64,000 nt of DNA from Squalus acanthias. Taxonomy: Eukaryota. Where the stretch lies: assembly GCA_030390025.1 (NCBI GenBank), contig CM059432.1, positions 150,042,001-150,106,000 of the forward strand, in the 5' to 3' direction. The position numbers and the translations under genes are program-made. The number at the start of each line of letters is the position of its first letter. Within the stretch, counting starts at the first letter, position 1. Positions 11,857 through 25,419 of the stretch are shown piece by piece. The notes below the pieces were generated by a model that made no database searches, had not been told where the DNA came from, and saw only the letters and a list, made by a program, of their open reading frames with translations.

Positions 11857-12479
11857 AACACTTAACTGCTGTCTCTCTAGGAACTGCCCCCTTAAGTTAC
11901 TGCAGGCTTTTAAAATCCACAGCCATTTACTCCCTTGTTAGACAGGAGTTAATAAGCTGACCTCACAACTTCCAGAGGGTTCGGTGATGAACTTGCCATG
12001 GGGCAGAAGCCCTCCCTGCATAATCGCAACATAAACTGTCCCACAGATTTTCGACCCCTTGATTAAGAATTATTTCATTTGTTCTGTGTTAATTGTTACA
12101 AATTCTATTTTTAGTAATGTACCCTTGTATTAGTCAGTTGGCCGTTGAAAGCACTTTCAAAAAACAAGTTGAGCATTTTTGATTGTATTAGTGACTTTTT
12201 CCTGCTTGTTGATTGGCAACTTTCCTGCTGGTTCAGTTAGATTTGAGTTGGCAGTGATTTGTTGCTTTTTATACATATCATATTTGAGCTGATCAGGATT
12301 TCACATGGTATGAACCTATGTGAGAGATTTTGCAAGTACCATGGGCACTTTGTAAGTGTGACACTTTGAGATGTGACAGAAACATTCACGTTCCTTGTAG
12401 ATGCACACTCGGCATGGAATTTTAATTATATATAATTGAGGAGGCTACAATGGTCATAGCTCTCACTCACCTTAACAAG

Positions 12480-12717
12480 TTCCCTTCCAAGTCACACACC
12501 ATCCTTACTTGGAAATATATCGGCCGTTCCTTCATCGTCGCTGGGTCAAAATCCTGGAACTCCCTCCCTAACAGCACTGTGAGAGCACCTTCACCACAGG
12601 GACTGCAGCGGTTCAAGAAGGTGGCTCACCACCACTGTCTCAAGGGCAATTAGGGATGGGCAATAAATGCTGGCCTTGCCAGCGACGCCCACATCCCAGG
12701 AACGAATAAAAAAAAAC
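12480..12717 (+). mobile_element. Non-LTR retrotransposon 3' end with A tail
   Basis: SFIVAGSKSWNSLP...LQRFKK, then GGGCAATAAATGCTGGCCTTGCC...GCCCACATCCC and poly-A; tail shared with the SINEs at 55030 and 60220. Confidence 0.7.
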
Positions 12718-12747
12718 TCACTCATGGCCCGTTGGCTGAGGGAATGT

Positions 12748-13140
12748 AAGGTCCATATCGGTACCAACGACATAGGTAGAAAGAGGGATGAGGTCCTGCA
12801 GGCAGATTTCAGGGAGCTAGGAAAGAGATTAAAAAACAGGACCTCAAAGGTAGTAATCTCCAGATTACTCCCGGTGTCACGCACTAGTGAGTATAGAAAT
12901 AGGAGGATAGCGCAGATGATTGCGTGGCTGGAGAGATGGTGCAGGAGGGAGGGCTTTAGATTCCTGGGGCAGGGGGGCCAGTTCTGGGGGAGGTGGGACC
13001 TGTAAAAGACGGATGGGTTACACCTCAACAGGGCCGGAACCAATATCCTCGCGGGGAGGTTTGCTAATGCTGTTGGGCAGGGTTTAAACTAATTTGGCAG
13101 GGGGATGGGCACCAGAATGTAACATTAGAAAGGGGAAATA
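12748..13140 (+). mobile_element. CR1 ORF1 fragment (SGNH esterase domain)
   Basis: VHIGTNDIGRK...KVVISRLLPV...WLERWCRREGFRF...DGLHLNRAG. Confidence 0.9.
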
Positions 13141-13142
13141 AA

Positions 13143-13420
13143 GGGCTGGATTTTCATTGACCCGTGGAGGTGGGTTTGGAGGCGTGTGGGGGGTTAAAGT
13201 TGCAGATTCGGGGGTCCCGAACCCATCCCGCCCTCAAACCGCCTCCATGCCAGTTTCGCTGGAGGCGGGTACCCGACCTGTGCTGGGACCCGACTCCCCG
13301 AGGCGGGAAGGGGATTAGTGACAATTAACTGCCTGTTAACAGGTAGTTAACAGGCAGTTTTTTGCCTAATCCCTATTTTAAAAGCTGAAGTGTGGGCTTT
13401 TTGGGCTACCCCGGATCAGG
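13143..13420. mobile_element. Harbinger-type MITE, left part
   Basis: Starts GGGCTGGATTTT; shares CTGCCTGTTAACAGG-AGTTAACAGGCAG with the MITE at 61251. Confidence 0.7.
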
Positions 13421-14655
13421 CGTATTCCCCAGACGTTCACCTTCAACTAAAGTTAGAGGTAGCCGAATCCTAAAGGTCCAGACTATCTCTCCCTGAAGGA
13501 AAGGAACAGCCTGAAGATGTTACCGTCCTCCAGATAGTACTTTTAATAAGTTTAGCTAGACTATAACATTCCAGATATTATGAGGGTCCAGAAAACTCCC
13601 TCAGAATTCTGAAACTCCTCACCAAAGAGTGTACAGAGATTGAGTTCGCAAGTTTGATACAGAAGTACTATGTGAGATAATTCTAAAAATATATAGATTT
13701 ATTAAAGAACCGACATGTAATTACAGTTGGTGATTCAATTGCAACATTAACAGTTCCAAAAACAGAAAACTTACAATTCTTATTATCAGAGATCCTTATT
13801 CTCAAATATTAACTTTGTTATATTTTTACATTTCTTAGTTTTATTCCAGGATATCCACCAAAATCAAATACAAGTACCTTTTTGATCCCCGAGATACAAA
13901 GACTTACAGAGCTTGCCTCTGAAGCCTGAGAATCGCTTTGCCCCTTCAAGCGAATCTGTCTTCCCATTTGAAAGTCCAATTTTTATACTCTTTCTCAGTG
14001 GTATATCCTTTGAAGTTTTCTGCTGATGTAAGCTAATTATCTCTAGTCATTTTTCTGCTGACCCCTGCTATTCTTACAGTTAGTTCAGCTGGTAGCAAGC
14101 AGACTCGTGTCTCTCCTTTAGGTGTTTCAAGTTCAACACAAAAACAATGTGACGGGTGGTGCCTCCCCCACTTGATGCCATTCTTACCAAGGTCTTCTGT
14201 TTGTATCTTTTGCATTTAGAACACCTCAATCGGATGCACATTGTCTTCTTAGTTACCTCAGTTGGTTGCATTAAGAATTATGTCTGCTGTGTAGGTGTCT
14301 CAAGCTTGTCATAAAAAACAGTGTGGAGCTGGTGCATCTATTTGATGTCATTTTTACGAAGGCATATGTTTCTTTAATTTATGTGATTCATTTCAAAGTG
14401 TTGGTTTAAGACACTTTAACTGGGTTGTGTATTGTGTTCTTTCCAAGCTTCAGACTTCCTGGAACCTCTAACCTTCTGTTTCAATAAGGCTATTGTTTCA
14501 GTGTCAACAACTTATCTTATCTCAAAAGCCTGTATGCTGTTTACAGCTTTAGATTGTTGAGGCTTCCAGATTTTCAAACCCAGTTTGTCATGTTTCAAAG
14601 GCCAGAATATTTCATAGAATGGTGTATTTTTCTGAATATGGCATATTCCTTCACA
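13420..14655 (-). mobile_element. LTR-like sequence, probably truncated at its 3' end
   Basis: Minus strand begins TGTGAAGG (14655); TATAAAA near 13985 and AATAAA near 13700; no matching CA end or TSD found. Confidence 0.5.
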
Positions 14656-14659
14656 TGTT

Positions 14660-15075
14660 TACGTATACGTATTCTAAATCCATTTTTGAATTTTTGTAGT
14701 CTTTCTTAGTCTGCTCCTATCTAATATGGTACTACTACCGCCTCTAGTACTATCTTCTCTAGTACTATCCAACACACTCACTCTTTTATGCACCTTATTC
14801 CTCTTTTCTACTCCTATATGCTGATGCCCATCCCCCTGCCAAGCTAGTTTAAACCCTCCCCAACAGCACTAACAAACCTCCCCGCGAGAATATTGGTCCC
14901 GGCTCTGTTGAGGTGTAACCCGTCCAGCTTGTACAGGTCCCACCTTCCCCAGAAACGGTCCCAATGCCTCAGGAATCTAAAGCCCTCCCTCCTGCACTAT
15001 CTCTCCAGCCATGCATTCATCTGTTGTATCCTCCTATTCCTGTACTCACTAGCACGTGGCACCGGGAGTAATCCT
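14660..15075 (-). mobile_element. CR1 ORF1 3' end and inter-ORF fragment
   Basis: Reverse-complement homologue of 12870-13110. Confidence 0.85.
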
Positions 15076-15349
15076 CTTTACAAAATTATCAATATAGATG
15101 CTTCACCCAGCTCAAACAACAGGGGGCTCCCTAGTTCAGTAACAGGAGGAGCCGAACCACTGAAACAATGGGGGCTCCTTCAAAGCAGCGTGGCATGTTC
15201 AAGAACGGTTTCTGTCACAATTTCAAATTAAATGGTAAGGAGTATAAGATCACAGAATGTGACTGTAAATTCAATCAGCACTTTGATAAGCTGTGTATTT
15301 TTACTGGACAGTCAAGACCCTCGATTTCACTGACTTCCGCCCCCCCCCC

Positions 15350-16940
15350 CCGATTCCACAGATCCCTCGATTCCACAGATCCCCCCGATTCCACAGATCC
15401 CCCGATTCCACAGATCCCTCGATTCCACAGATCCCCCCGATTCCACAGATCCCTCGATTCCACAGACCCCCCGATTCCACAGATCCCTCGATTCCACAGA
15501 TCCCCCGATTCCACAGATCCCTCGATTCCACAGACCCCTCGATTCCACAGATCCCCCGATTCCACAGATCCCTCGATTCCACAGACCCTCCGATTCCACA
15601 GATCCCTCGATTCCACAGATCCCCCCGATTCCACAGATCCCTCGATTCCACAGACCCTCCGATTCCACAGATCCCTCGATTCCACAGACCCCCCGATTCC
15701 ACAGATCCCTCGATTCCACAGATCCCCCCGATTCCACAGATCCCTCGATTCCACAGACCCCTCGATTCCACAGATCCCCCGATTCCACAGATCCCTCGAT
15801 TCCACAGACCCTCCGATTCCACAGATCCCTCGATTCCACAGATCCCCCCGATTCCACAGATCCCTCGATTCCACAGACCCTCCGATTCCACAGATCCCTC
15901 GATTCCACAGATCCCCCCGATTCCACAGATCCCTCGATTCCACAGACCCCTCGATTCCACAGATCCCTCGATTCCACAGACCCCTCGATTCCACAGATCC
16001 CCCCGATTCCACAGATCCCTCGATTCCACAGACCCTCCGATTCCACAGACCCTCCGATTCCACAGATCCCTCGATTCCACAGACCCCCCGATTCCACAGA
16101 CCCCCCGATTCCACAGACCCCCCGATTCCACAGATCCCCCGATTCCACAGATCCCCCGATTCCACAGACCCCCCGATTCCACAGACCCCTCGATTCCACA
16201 GACCCCCCGATTCCACAGACCCCCCGATTCCACAGACCCCCCGATTCCACAGACCCCCCGATTCCACAGATCCCCCGATTCCACAGACCCCCCGATTCCA
16301 CAGACCCCTCGATTCCACAGACCCCCCGATTCCACAGACCCCCCGATTCCACAGATCCCCTCGATTCCACAGATCCCTCCGATTCCACAGACCCTCCAAT
16401 TCCGCAGACCCCCCGATTCTGCAGACCCTCCGATTCCACAGATCCTCCGATTCCACAGATCCCCTCGATTCCGCAGACCCTCCGATTCCACAGATCCCCC
16501 GATTCCACAGATCCCCCGATTCCACAGATCCCCCGATTCCACAGATCCTCCGATTCAGCAGATCCCTCCAATTCCGCAGATCCCCTCGATTCCACAGATC
16601 CCCTCGATTCCACAGATCCCTCCGATTCCACAGACCCTCCGATTCCACAGATCCCTCCGATTCCACAGACCCTCCAATTCCGCAGATCCCCTCGATTCCG
16701 CAGACCCTCCGATTCCGCAGACCCTCCGATTCCACAGATCCCTCCGATTCCACAGATCCCCCGATTCCATAGATCCCTCCGATTCCACAGACCCTCCGAT
16801 TCCACAGATCCTCCGATTCCACATAATCCCCGATTCCGCAGACCCCTCGATTCCACAGACCCTCCGATTCCACAGATCCTCCGATTCCACAGATCCCTCC
16901 GATTCCACAGACCCCCTGATTCCGCAGACCCCCCGATTCC
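15350..16940. repeat. Minisatellite, 18-19 bp unit (CGATTCCACAGA[T/C]CC[C/T]C)
   Basis: Directly visible ~1.6-kb array. Confidence 0.97.
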
Positions 16941-17269
16941 CGACTCTCCGGCCGGACGCGGTTCTCTCTGGGTGTCGGCTCTGAGCAGCAGCCAGTGACG
17001 AGCTCTGTGGGAAATTATGCTGTTTTGACCTTGTTCGGACTCCCGACGCCAGGCTAACAGTTAGTCATATTTTACAGAACCTCACATTAGTGTCTGTTTT
17101 ATCACGTGGATGCACTGCAGCGGGAAATCTAAACCACTGGTCCAGTGGAGTGCTGGAGGCAGCGTTCGCGACAGGAAGACCCGAATCCGGGAAACTCCTG
17201 CTCATTCCAGGAGGGTTGGGAAATCTAACCATGGGGCCTTGCTGATGGCATGTGCAGGAAGTGTTGCCA

Positions 17270-17761
17270 ACTCTGGTTGGACGTATTCCTGGAAGTTTCA
17301 GCGCATAACCCTTCACTTCCAAATGTCCTGCCCCCACACTCCCACCATTCTTCACCCAATGTCCTCACGGTGCACTGCCTTCCCACGCTAATTGGAAAGT
17401 GAACAAACTCTTCATTATCCGATTGCTCAGTCAGACAGCCATTCTATTCCCCAAACTCCAATATTTTTATAACTAATAAAGGAACAATTTTTATTAATGC
17501 CCCTGTTATTTTTCTCTCTGGATGCTAGCAACAGTGTCTGGGAGATTAATCGTTGATTGCTGGCTGCCAGCTCTAAGCACAGGTCCGGAAACCGAGGCTC
17601 TGATCACATATGCAGCTCTCGTCCTGCGCCCAATTTTCTGACCGGTGAATTTGTTGGTTTAAGGTTGGCCGAGCTTCAGGCTTATTATAGAGCGTGGGGG
17701 CAGGGCATTTGGAAGTGGAAGGTTATGCAATGAAACCTCCAGGAATAAATCCAATCAGAGT
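17270..17761. repeat. 67-bp inverted repeat pair, possible hAT-like MITE
   Basis: 17270-17336 pairs with 17695-17761 with scattered mismatches; preceded by GTTGCCAACT. Confidence 0.65.
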
Positions 17762-18579
17762 ATTCAAATCAGATGCCACTCCAAATTTATCGATGTTGCA
17801 GTCCTTGCCCAAAAAACTGGGGGGTTTTGGGGGAAATGGCCTAGCTTACTAAAGTGAATCGCTTAAAGGGAGGTTGAATTTGCCGACACATATCTGTGAT
17901 TTTTCCACTGTTTTGGTTGACTGCGGCATTCCACCTCATGCATGCTTGTGCAAATCTCCATTTTGCTCGTGTTTGCCGAAGCCTGAATCTTAAGAGTTGC
18001 CATTGCCCGCGATCTTTGCCGCGACTGCAGGTGCACAAGGTCGGAAGATGGGATTCAAATAGATCTGCTTTACCTGGAGAAAGTGGGTGAGTTCATAATG
18101 AGATGGGCTGGGCCCCCCCCCCCCTCCTGTTCTACCTCCCCCCACTTGCTATCGCAGGGCTTACCTTAGGGCTGATGCCAGCCGGACCATATTGGAGGCA
18201 CCTTTACAGGCACGACAAGTAACCGGCAGCTCATCCCAATTATTAGGATTTAAGGCCTGAGAATCGATTTCGGGTGTTCCTCGGGCCGGCCTCTTCTGGC
18301 ATGAGTTCCGCTCAGTTTGCGCCTGTAAACAGGCCGAGAAAAATTTCTAGGCTGCAGTTTCTTCGTGATTCTCAGAGGCCTGATCACCAGCACCATCTGT
18401 TACATTTAATGGTTGCGTACTTAATCCTCATCAGCTGTCAACATTCTTGGCCTCACTGACAGACAGGTGCACTTGCAGTTCAGGCATCTGGCGTCCACCC
18501 ATAGGTGGCACGGGATTTGCATGAAATGACCTCGTCACAGCGACTCGAGCATGTCAGCAGAGACCTGCCTTCACCATCT

Positions 18580-19067
18580 ACTATGTCCTAAAGCCATGAA
18601 TGAATTTCTTTTGAATTGCAGTATGCAAATACAGTAGCCAATTTTTGCAACCAGCAAGGTCCCGTAAAATAGCAAATGAGGTGAACACTGCTCTGTTTTT
18701 GGTGGTGTTGGTTGAGGGAGGCCGGTTGAACAAGGCACCGGCGAACTCTATTACCTTTTTTTTTTGACTAGTATCCTGGGATCTACATCCACCTGAACCA
18801 GCAGACAGGGCCTCGGTGCCATGTCTCTCCAAAAGCCAGCACCTCTGACAATGTACCAACACTATCCTTAGCACTGCACTGAAGTGCCAGCACAGATTGC
18901 GGGCAAAATTGTCCCAAACACTGAGCCACTGGCAGGGCCTTGCGTGCGGCAGACGGCTTATTGTGAAAACCACACAGTATTTGAAAATTTCGCCCAAGTG
19001 CTCAGTCCTGGAGTTTGATCCAACAACCTCCGGACTCAGCGATGACAACTAAGCCAAGCTGACACTA
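18580..19067 (-). mobile_element. DeuSINE/SacSINE-like tRNA-derived SINE, degenerate
   Basis: Minus strand GTGTCAGCTTGGCTTAGTTG head; TGCAGTGCT...GTCAGAGGTGCTG...GAGGCCCTGTCTGC...CAGGTGGATGT core; smaller pieces at ~29030 and ~33222. Confidence 0.65.
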
Positions 19068-19244
19068 ACAGCCGTCATCTCTCACTCGTGAGGCTTGGCC
19101 TAAATTTACCCTTAAAATTGTCACAAAGCACTCTTTTACATAAGTCCATGTAACTGATGAGAGTCATCTTTTCCTGTATTAAACCTCTGTCTCATTCAGC
19201 GGATTTTAGCAATTGATTTTAAAATGTGCAGAGAAGCTTCAGTG

Positions 19245-21207
19245 TAATTGAGGATTGGGATCTTTTTAGAAATCAGCAAAGGGGGACCAAGAAATTGATA
19301 AAGAAAGGGAAAATGGAATATGAGCACAAACTAGTGAAAAATATAAAAATGGATTGTAAAAGCTTCTATAGGTATGTGAAAAGGAAAAGACTGACGAAGG
19401 TAAATGTAGGTCCATTACAGTCAGAGACGGGAGAATTTATAATGGGGAATGAGGAAATGGCAGAGAAATTAAATAAATACTTTGTTTCTGTCTTCACGGA
19501 GGAAGACACAAAAACCCTCCCAGAAATACGAGAAAACCAAGGGTGTGGCGAGAATGAGGAACTTAAAGAAATTATTATTAGTAAAAATACAGTACTAGCA
19601 AAATTAATGGGACTAAATGTCGATAAATCCCAAGGACCAGATGACCTACATCCTAGGGTTTTGAAAGAGGTAGCCATTGGGATAGTGGACGCATTGGTTG
19701 TCATCTTCCAAAATTCTATAGATTCTGGAACAGTTCCTGCAGATTGGAGGATAGCAAATATAACCACGCTATTTAAGAAAGGAGGGAGAGAGAAAACGGG
19801 GAATTACAGAACTGTTAGCCTCACATCAGTAGTTGGGAAAATGCTGGAATCTATTAGAAAGGATGCAATAACTGGGCACTTAGAAACTAATAGTAAGATT
19901 GGGCAGAGTCAACATGGATTTATGAAAGGGAAATCCTGTTTGACAAACCTATTGGAGTTCTTTGAGGATGTAACTAGTGGAGTAGACAAAGGGGAACCGG
20001 TAGATGTGGTGTATCTAGATTTTCAGAAGGCCTTCGATAAAGTCCCACACAAAAGGTTGGTGAACAAAATTAGGGCACATGGAATTGGGGGTAATATACT
20101 AGCATGGATTGAGAATTGGTTAACAGACAGAAAACTAACAGTAGGGATAAACGGGTCTTTTTCAGGGTGGCAGGCTGTGACTAGTGGGGTACCGCAAGGA
20201 TCGGTGCTTGGGCCCCAGCTATTCACAACCTATATCAATGATTTGGATGAGGGGACTAAATGTAACATTTCCAAATTTGCTGATGATACAAAGCTAGGTG
20301 GCAGTGTCAGTTGCGAAGAGGATGTGAAGAGGCTTCAAGGGGATCTCAACAAGCTCAGTGAGTGGGCGAGAACATGGCAGATGGAATATAATGTGGATAA
20401 ATGTGAAGTTATCCACTTTGGTAGAAAAAACAGAAAGGCAGAGTATTTCCTAAATGGTGAAAGATTGGGGAATGCAGATGCTCAAAGGGACCTGGGTGTC
20501 CTTGTACATGAGTCACTGAAAGTGAATGTGCAGGTGCAGCAAGCCATTAGGAAGGCAAATGGTATGCTGGCCTTCATTACAAGAGGATTTGAGTACAGGA
20601 GTAAAGAAGTCTTACTCCAATTATATAGGGTCTTGGTGAGACCACACCTGGAGTACTGTGTACAATTTTGGTCTCCTTACCTAAGGAAGGATATACTTGC
20701 CATAGAGGGAGTGCAACGAAGGTTCACGAGATTGATTCCTGGGATGGCGGGACTGTCATATGAGAAGAGATTGAGTCAACTAGGCCTGTATTCTTTTGAA
20801 TTCAGAAGAATGAGAGGGGATCTCATTGAAGCATACTAAATTATTACAGGGCTTGATAGGGTGGATGCTGGGAGAATGTTTCCCTTGGCTGGGGAGTCTA
20901 GAACCTGGGGCCACAGCCTCAGGATAAAGGGTAGGCCATTCAGGACTGAGATGAGAAGACATTTCTTCACACAGAGGGTGGTGAATCTTTGGAATTCTCT
21001 ACCCCAGAGGGCTGTGGAGGCTCAGTCATTGGGTATATTCAAAACAGAAGTCGATAGATTTCTGACTAGTAAAGGCATCAAGGGATATGGCGATAGAGCC
21101 GGTGAATGGAGTTGAGGTAGAAGATCAGCCATGTTCTCATTGAATGGTGGAGCAGGCTCGAAGGGCCGAATGGCCGACTCCTGCTCCTATTTCTTATGTT
21201 CTTACGT
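19245..21207 (+). mobile_element. CR1/HER1 LINE, 5'-truncated, full RT domain, one frameshift near the C-terminus
   Basis: ORF 19226..20839 (QHGFMKGKSC, LDFQKAFDKV, GVPQGSVLGP, FADD) continued by 20861..21115; 3' stem-loop and TTATGTTCTTA tail. Confidence 0.96.
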
Positions 21208-22014
21208 AATATCATTTAAGTAACAATTCAGACAAAGCTTACTTACTTCTGCACACGGTGGGCTATCGTTCCCTTGGATAGTGCACTCACTACCCATTAA
21301 CACCAGGCAATATGTAGACATTCACCAACACAATAGATCCTCTTCACATCCATGAGTTTAACAGTCTTTAAAGGTACTTTATGTAAATTGTTGCAGGTCA
21401 CGGTCAACTGGGCTTGGTTTCTTTTAATAAATTCAAGAGCAGTGTCCTACCAAAATAGTTTGCAAGTCTACAACAAGGTCATGTAGTGGAGATTTGGTTA
21501 TAATGATCAGTTTCGGCAGAGCCCCAAATGATGGTGGCAAGTGGTCAGTTTGAACAACAAACGCCTCTTGCACTGCTGAAAACTTCCTCTGAAAAAGATC
21601 AACTTTACTTCATTAAAGTCAACTGAATTAAAGTGTTAAAAGTTTAAACATTTCTTTCAAGTGTAAGAGGAATGAACGCCTGCTCTCAGTGCTGTTGAGC
21701 TGTTGAAAGTGTCGGCGAGCAGTACAGAGAGGAAGCAGTCTCACGGCACTGGAACTTAACCTTTAGACATTCTCCATTCCTCCCAGTAGAAAGCTAATAG
21801 GGACAAAAGCCTGCTAAATTTGAATGGGACAATGAAAAATCAGTTCACTTGGACTTCTGCCTCCCCTTTCATCTCTTACTCTTCAGCCTGCGCATTATAC
21901 CTCTTTCTCCATTTAGCTCTTATGTCGACAAGGATCTCACACACCCTGCAGCGAACTGATTAGCATGAGGGTTGATCATTAAAATTTCATTATATTTCCA
22001 TCTTAAATGCGGAA

Positions 22015-23420
22015 CAACAACTTGCATCTGGATATCATTTGACTGTAAAAGTCTCAAAGCGCCTCACAGAAGGGATTGCGAGAAACAGGCACTGAGTCTA
22101 TAAAAGGGAGATTTCGGAGGGGTGACCAAAGGCCTGGGCAAAGAGGGGGATTTTAATCATAGAATCATAGAAAGTTACAGCACGGAAGGAGGCCATTTCG
22201 GCCCATCGTGTCCGCGCCGGCCAACAAAGAGCTATTCAGCCTAATCCCACTTCCCAGCTCTTGGTCCGTAGCCCTGCAGGTTAGAGCATCCCAAGTACTT
22301 TTTAAATGTGGTTAGGGTTCCTGCCTCTACCACCCTTTCAGGCAGTGAGTTCCAGACTCCCACAACCCTCTGGGTGAAGACATTTCCCCTCAAATCCCCT
22401 CTAAACCTTCCACCAATTACTTTAAATCTGTGCCCCCTGGTTTTTGACCCCTCTGCTAAGGGAAATGGGTCCTTTCTATCCACTTTATGCCCCTCATAAT
22501 TTTATACACCTCAGCCTCCTCTGTTCCAAGTAAAACAGACCCAGCCTATCCAGTCTTTCCTCATAGCTAAGATTCTCTACTCCCGGCAACATCCTTGTAA
22601 ATCTCCTCTGTACCCTCTCTAGTGCAATCACATCTTTCCTGTAATGTGGTAACCAGAACTGCACGCAGTACTCTAGCTGAGGCCTAACTAGTGTTTTATA
22701 CAGTTGAAGCATAACCCCCCTGCTCTTGTATTCTATGCCACGGCTAATAAAGGCAAGCATTCTGTATGCCTTCTTAACCACCTTATCTACCTGACCTGCT
22801 ACCTTCAGGGATCTGTGGACATGCACTCCAAGGTCCCTTTGTTCCTCTACACTACTCAGTGTCCTACCATTTAATGTGTATTCCCTTTCCTTGTTAGCCC
22901 TCCCCAAATGCATTACCTCACACTTCTCCGGATTGAATTCCATTTGCCACTGTTCTGCCCACCTGACCAATTTATTGATATCTTCCTGCAGTCTACAGCT
23001 TCCTTCTTCAGTATCAACCACACAGCCGATTTTAGTATCATCTGCAAACTTCTTAATCATACCCCCTATATTCAAGTCAAGATCGTTGATATATACCATA
23101 AAGGAGAGGAGAAAGGTGGGCAGGTGGAAGAGTTTGGAGAGGGAATTCCTGAGAGCAGCAGTTAGTTAACTGAAGGCACACTTGTCAAAGGTGGGGTGAA
23201 GGGAGGAGGAGGAACGCACCAGAGGCTGGAATCAGAGGAATGTCGAATTCAGGGGAGGCTTGTAGGACTGGAGGAGGTTACAAAGGTAACAACATTTCAA
23301 CATAGAGGGATTTAAATATAAGGACACATTTTTTACATTTGAGACTTTGGGGGACCAGGTGCCAATGTGGGTCAGTAATGGTGGGGTAATGGGAGAACAG
23401 GAGTTGGTGCAGGGTAGGAT
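22015..23420 (-). mobile_element. Old L2 3' fragment split by a CR1 insertion
   Basis: ACAACAACTTGCAT...GGTGACCAAAGGC (22015-22157), resuming AAGGAGAGGAGA...GGGAATTCC...GGACTGGAGGAGGTTACA (23098-23420). Confidence 0.7.
22158..23097 (-). mobile_element. CR1 LINE (second subfamily), 5'-truncated
   Basis: ORFs 22494..23099 (KFADDTKIG) and 22241..22483; (ATTCTATG)n tail. Confidence 0.94.
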
Positions 23421-23824
23421 TAGTACCCATAAAAAGGGAAAAATAGGGGAACACCTTGTAAAAAATAGTATTTTGCCTAACTGTACCTCTTCAGATATAA
23501 ATAATAGGGAAAATGTAAGCTTGTGATGGACATTGGACTTTATGTGCTTTACAATGTTTTTATATTTGTCCATTTACCAGAATGTGTTCGGGGTGATTTT
23601 CAACATCTTTTATTAGAGAGAATGACATTCAACTGCTTAGCAATATCTTTTGTTTGTGTTCCACAATCTGGAAAAGGTAAATTTATGATGCTCACAAAGA
23701 TGGAGGTTCAATTCCTCAGCGCCCCTGCCCAGTCTAATGAGTTCGCTTAAGTTGGCTTCCTGAAATCAAATCTCTTAAGAGGAGATTCTGTTTTGGGCAA
23801 TGTTATGACAGCTGTAATATTGGG

Positions 23825-24170
23825 CATGATGCGGAGATGCCGGTGTTGGACTGGGGTGGACAAAAGTGAGAAGTCGCACAACAGCAGGTTATAGTCCAAC
23901 AGGTTTATTTGAAATCACAAGCTTTCGGAGCTGCTGCCCCTTCGTCAGGTGAAGTGAAGGAATACGAATCGGCAAAGCATATATAGACAGAGAACAATGC
24001 CTGTGCAGCGTACAATGTCAGACGACTACAGTTAATCTTTCTGACTGCCTTTTATCACACCTCGGCAGAGAAACAATCAGGTCAGTCAGGAAGGCATTAT
24101 ATCAAAGACATAGCAAGATACAACTAAGACAATGAGGTGGGGTCACAGGGGGTCTAATGTGTCAAATGCA
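23825..24170 (-). mobile_element. Penelope-like terminal-repeat fragment (family A)
   Basis: Reverse complement of 31420-31563 plus shared internal sequence (TTAATCTTTCT..CTTTATCACACCTCGGCAGAGA). Confidence 0.85.
23915..23952 (-). ncRNA. Minimal hammerhead ribozyme motif (family A)
   Basis: Minus strand TCAC CTGACGA A GGGGC-AGCA-GCTCC GAAA GC TT GTGA. Confidence 0.8.
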
Positions 24171-25419
24171 GTCTGTATGGAAAACCTTTTTGGGAAGCAG
24201 GTTTATCGGTGGTGAGGCCCTCTAATTGATGGCTATTCAAAGTTCCATATAAATATTGGAAATTTAGCTTTTGTAAATGTGAACTTATCAAACACTATAA
24301 GTGACCATTAGAAAGTGCCACCCAACCAATCAGATGAGAACTTTATACTTACATGTACAAAAATCTAGATTTTTTAATCCGCATTATTAGAAATTGGCTA
24401 CTACCAGCATTTAAATAACACGGAGTAGAAAATTTAGGCCAAATATCTTCAATGCCCAGTTTTAAGGTTTTCAATTATTGGGCCTTATGCCATGGATTCC
24501 ATTACCACAAACTGGAATTGTCCCAGTCAATGAGAATGTGGTTTCCCCTTCGGAGGTTGTGATGAGTGTCGAGAAGGCATGAAGTCCATTCCGCGTGAGT
24601 CTCTTCAGCTTTACCACTGCTGCTGATGAAGTGCTTCACAGTGTTGAACCTCAACTGAATTCCATAAAGGCCATGAATGTTACAATGGCTATTTTTGAAA
24701 GTGAGCCTACAAGAATTGTTAGCGTGTTATTATTTCCGATGATAGGAAGCACCAGTTTGTGGTGAAAACATTGTGGATATCAGGCTAAAAATAATTGAAA
24801 GACAACCGCAAGATTATACAGATAGTACGATATAGCATGCTTCAGAAAACATCAGACATGGTCACGCTTTCATGACAATGCAATCCCATTGTTCTATTTT
24901 ATTATTTTTCACAAACAGTGGAACAGATCTGAATATAGTGAAACAATTGTGATGTAGAAAAACCATGATAGCATTAATTAGACTGTCAACATTTCCTGAC
25001 TAGGAATATGGAAGAATACTCATAAACCTGCACCCAAACTGGGAAATATGTCAGCAACAAGTGAAGCACTTTCCCACAAAGCAAGCCCTTGTACAAGCTC
25101 AGTGGAAGGATTCTGTGGCAAACTGCTGATCTGTCGTTCACAGCAGTTCATGTGAAGTATTAATAGCTGCTCTTCTAACAACCAGTTCATTATTTATCAC
25201 AGAAACAGAAGGTTCTAGTTAATTATAGCCCTGAGTTCTGTTAGTTCAGGGGTCAATTAAGTGACTTACATGGTCAGTGAAGTCTGTGAGATGCAGTCTG
25301 TTTGTTCCACTGCTACCAATCTCCTGTGTCTCATATCCTGACCACTGACTGGAGTTGTCCAACAGAATGTAACAATTCCAACAGTACGTGGGCTAGAACA
25401 CTGACTAAATACTGGGCAC

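Noticed and set aside
12748..15075. Inverted CR1 ORF1 pieces as termini of a composite element
   Set aside because: Different extents, diverged, no TSD; more simply two independent fragments or an old rearrangement
15168..16984. Several 400-560 aa ORFs in most frames
   Set aside because: Translation of the 18-19 bp minisatellite
21247..21297. Minus-strand mini-exon MGSECTIQGNDSPPCAE followed by GTAAGT
   Set aside because: Good donor site, but no recognisable protein or partner exon; unsupported
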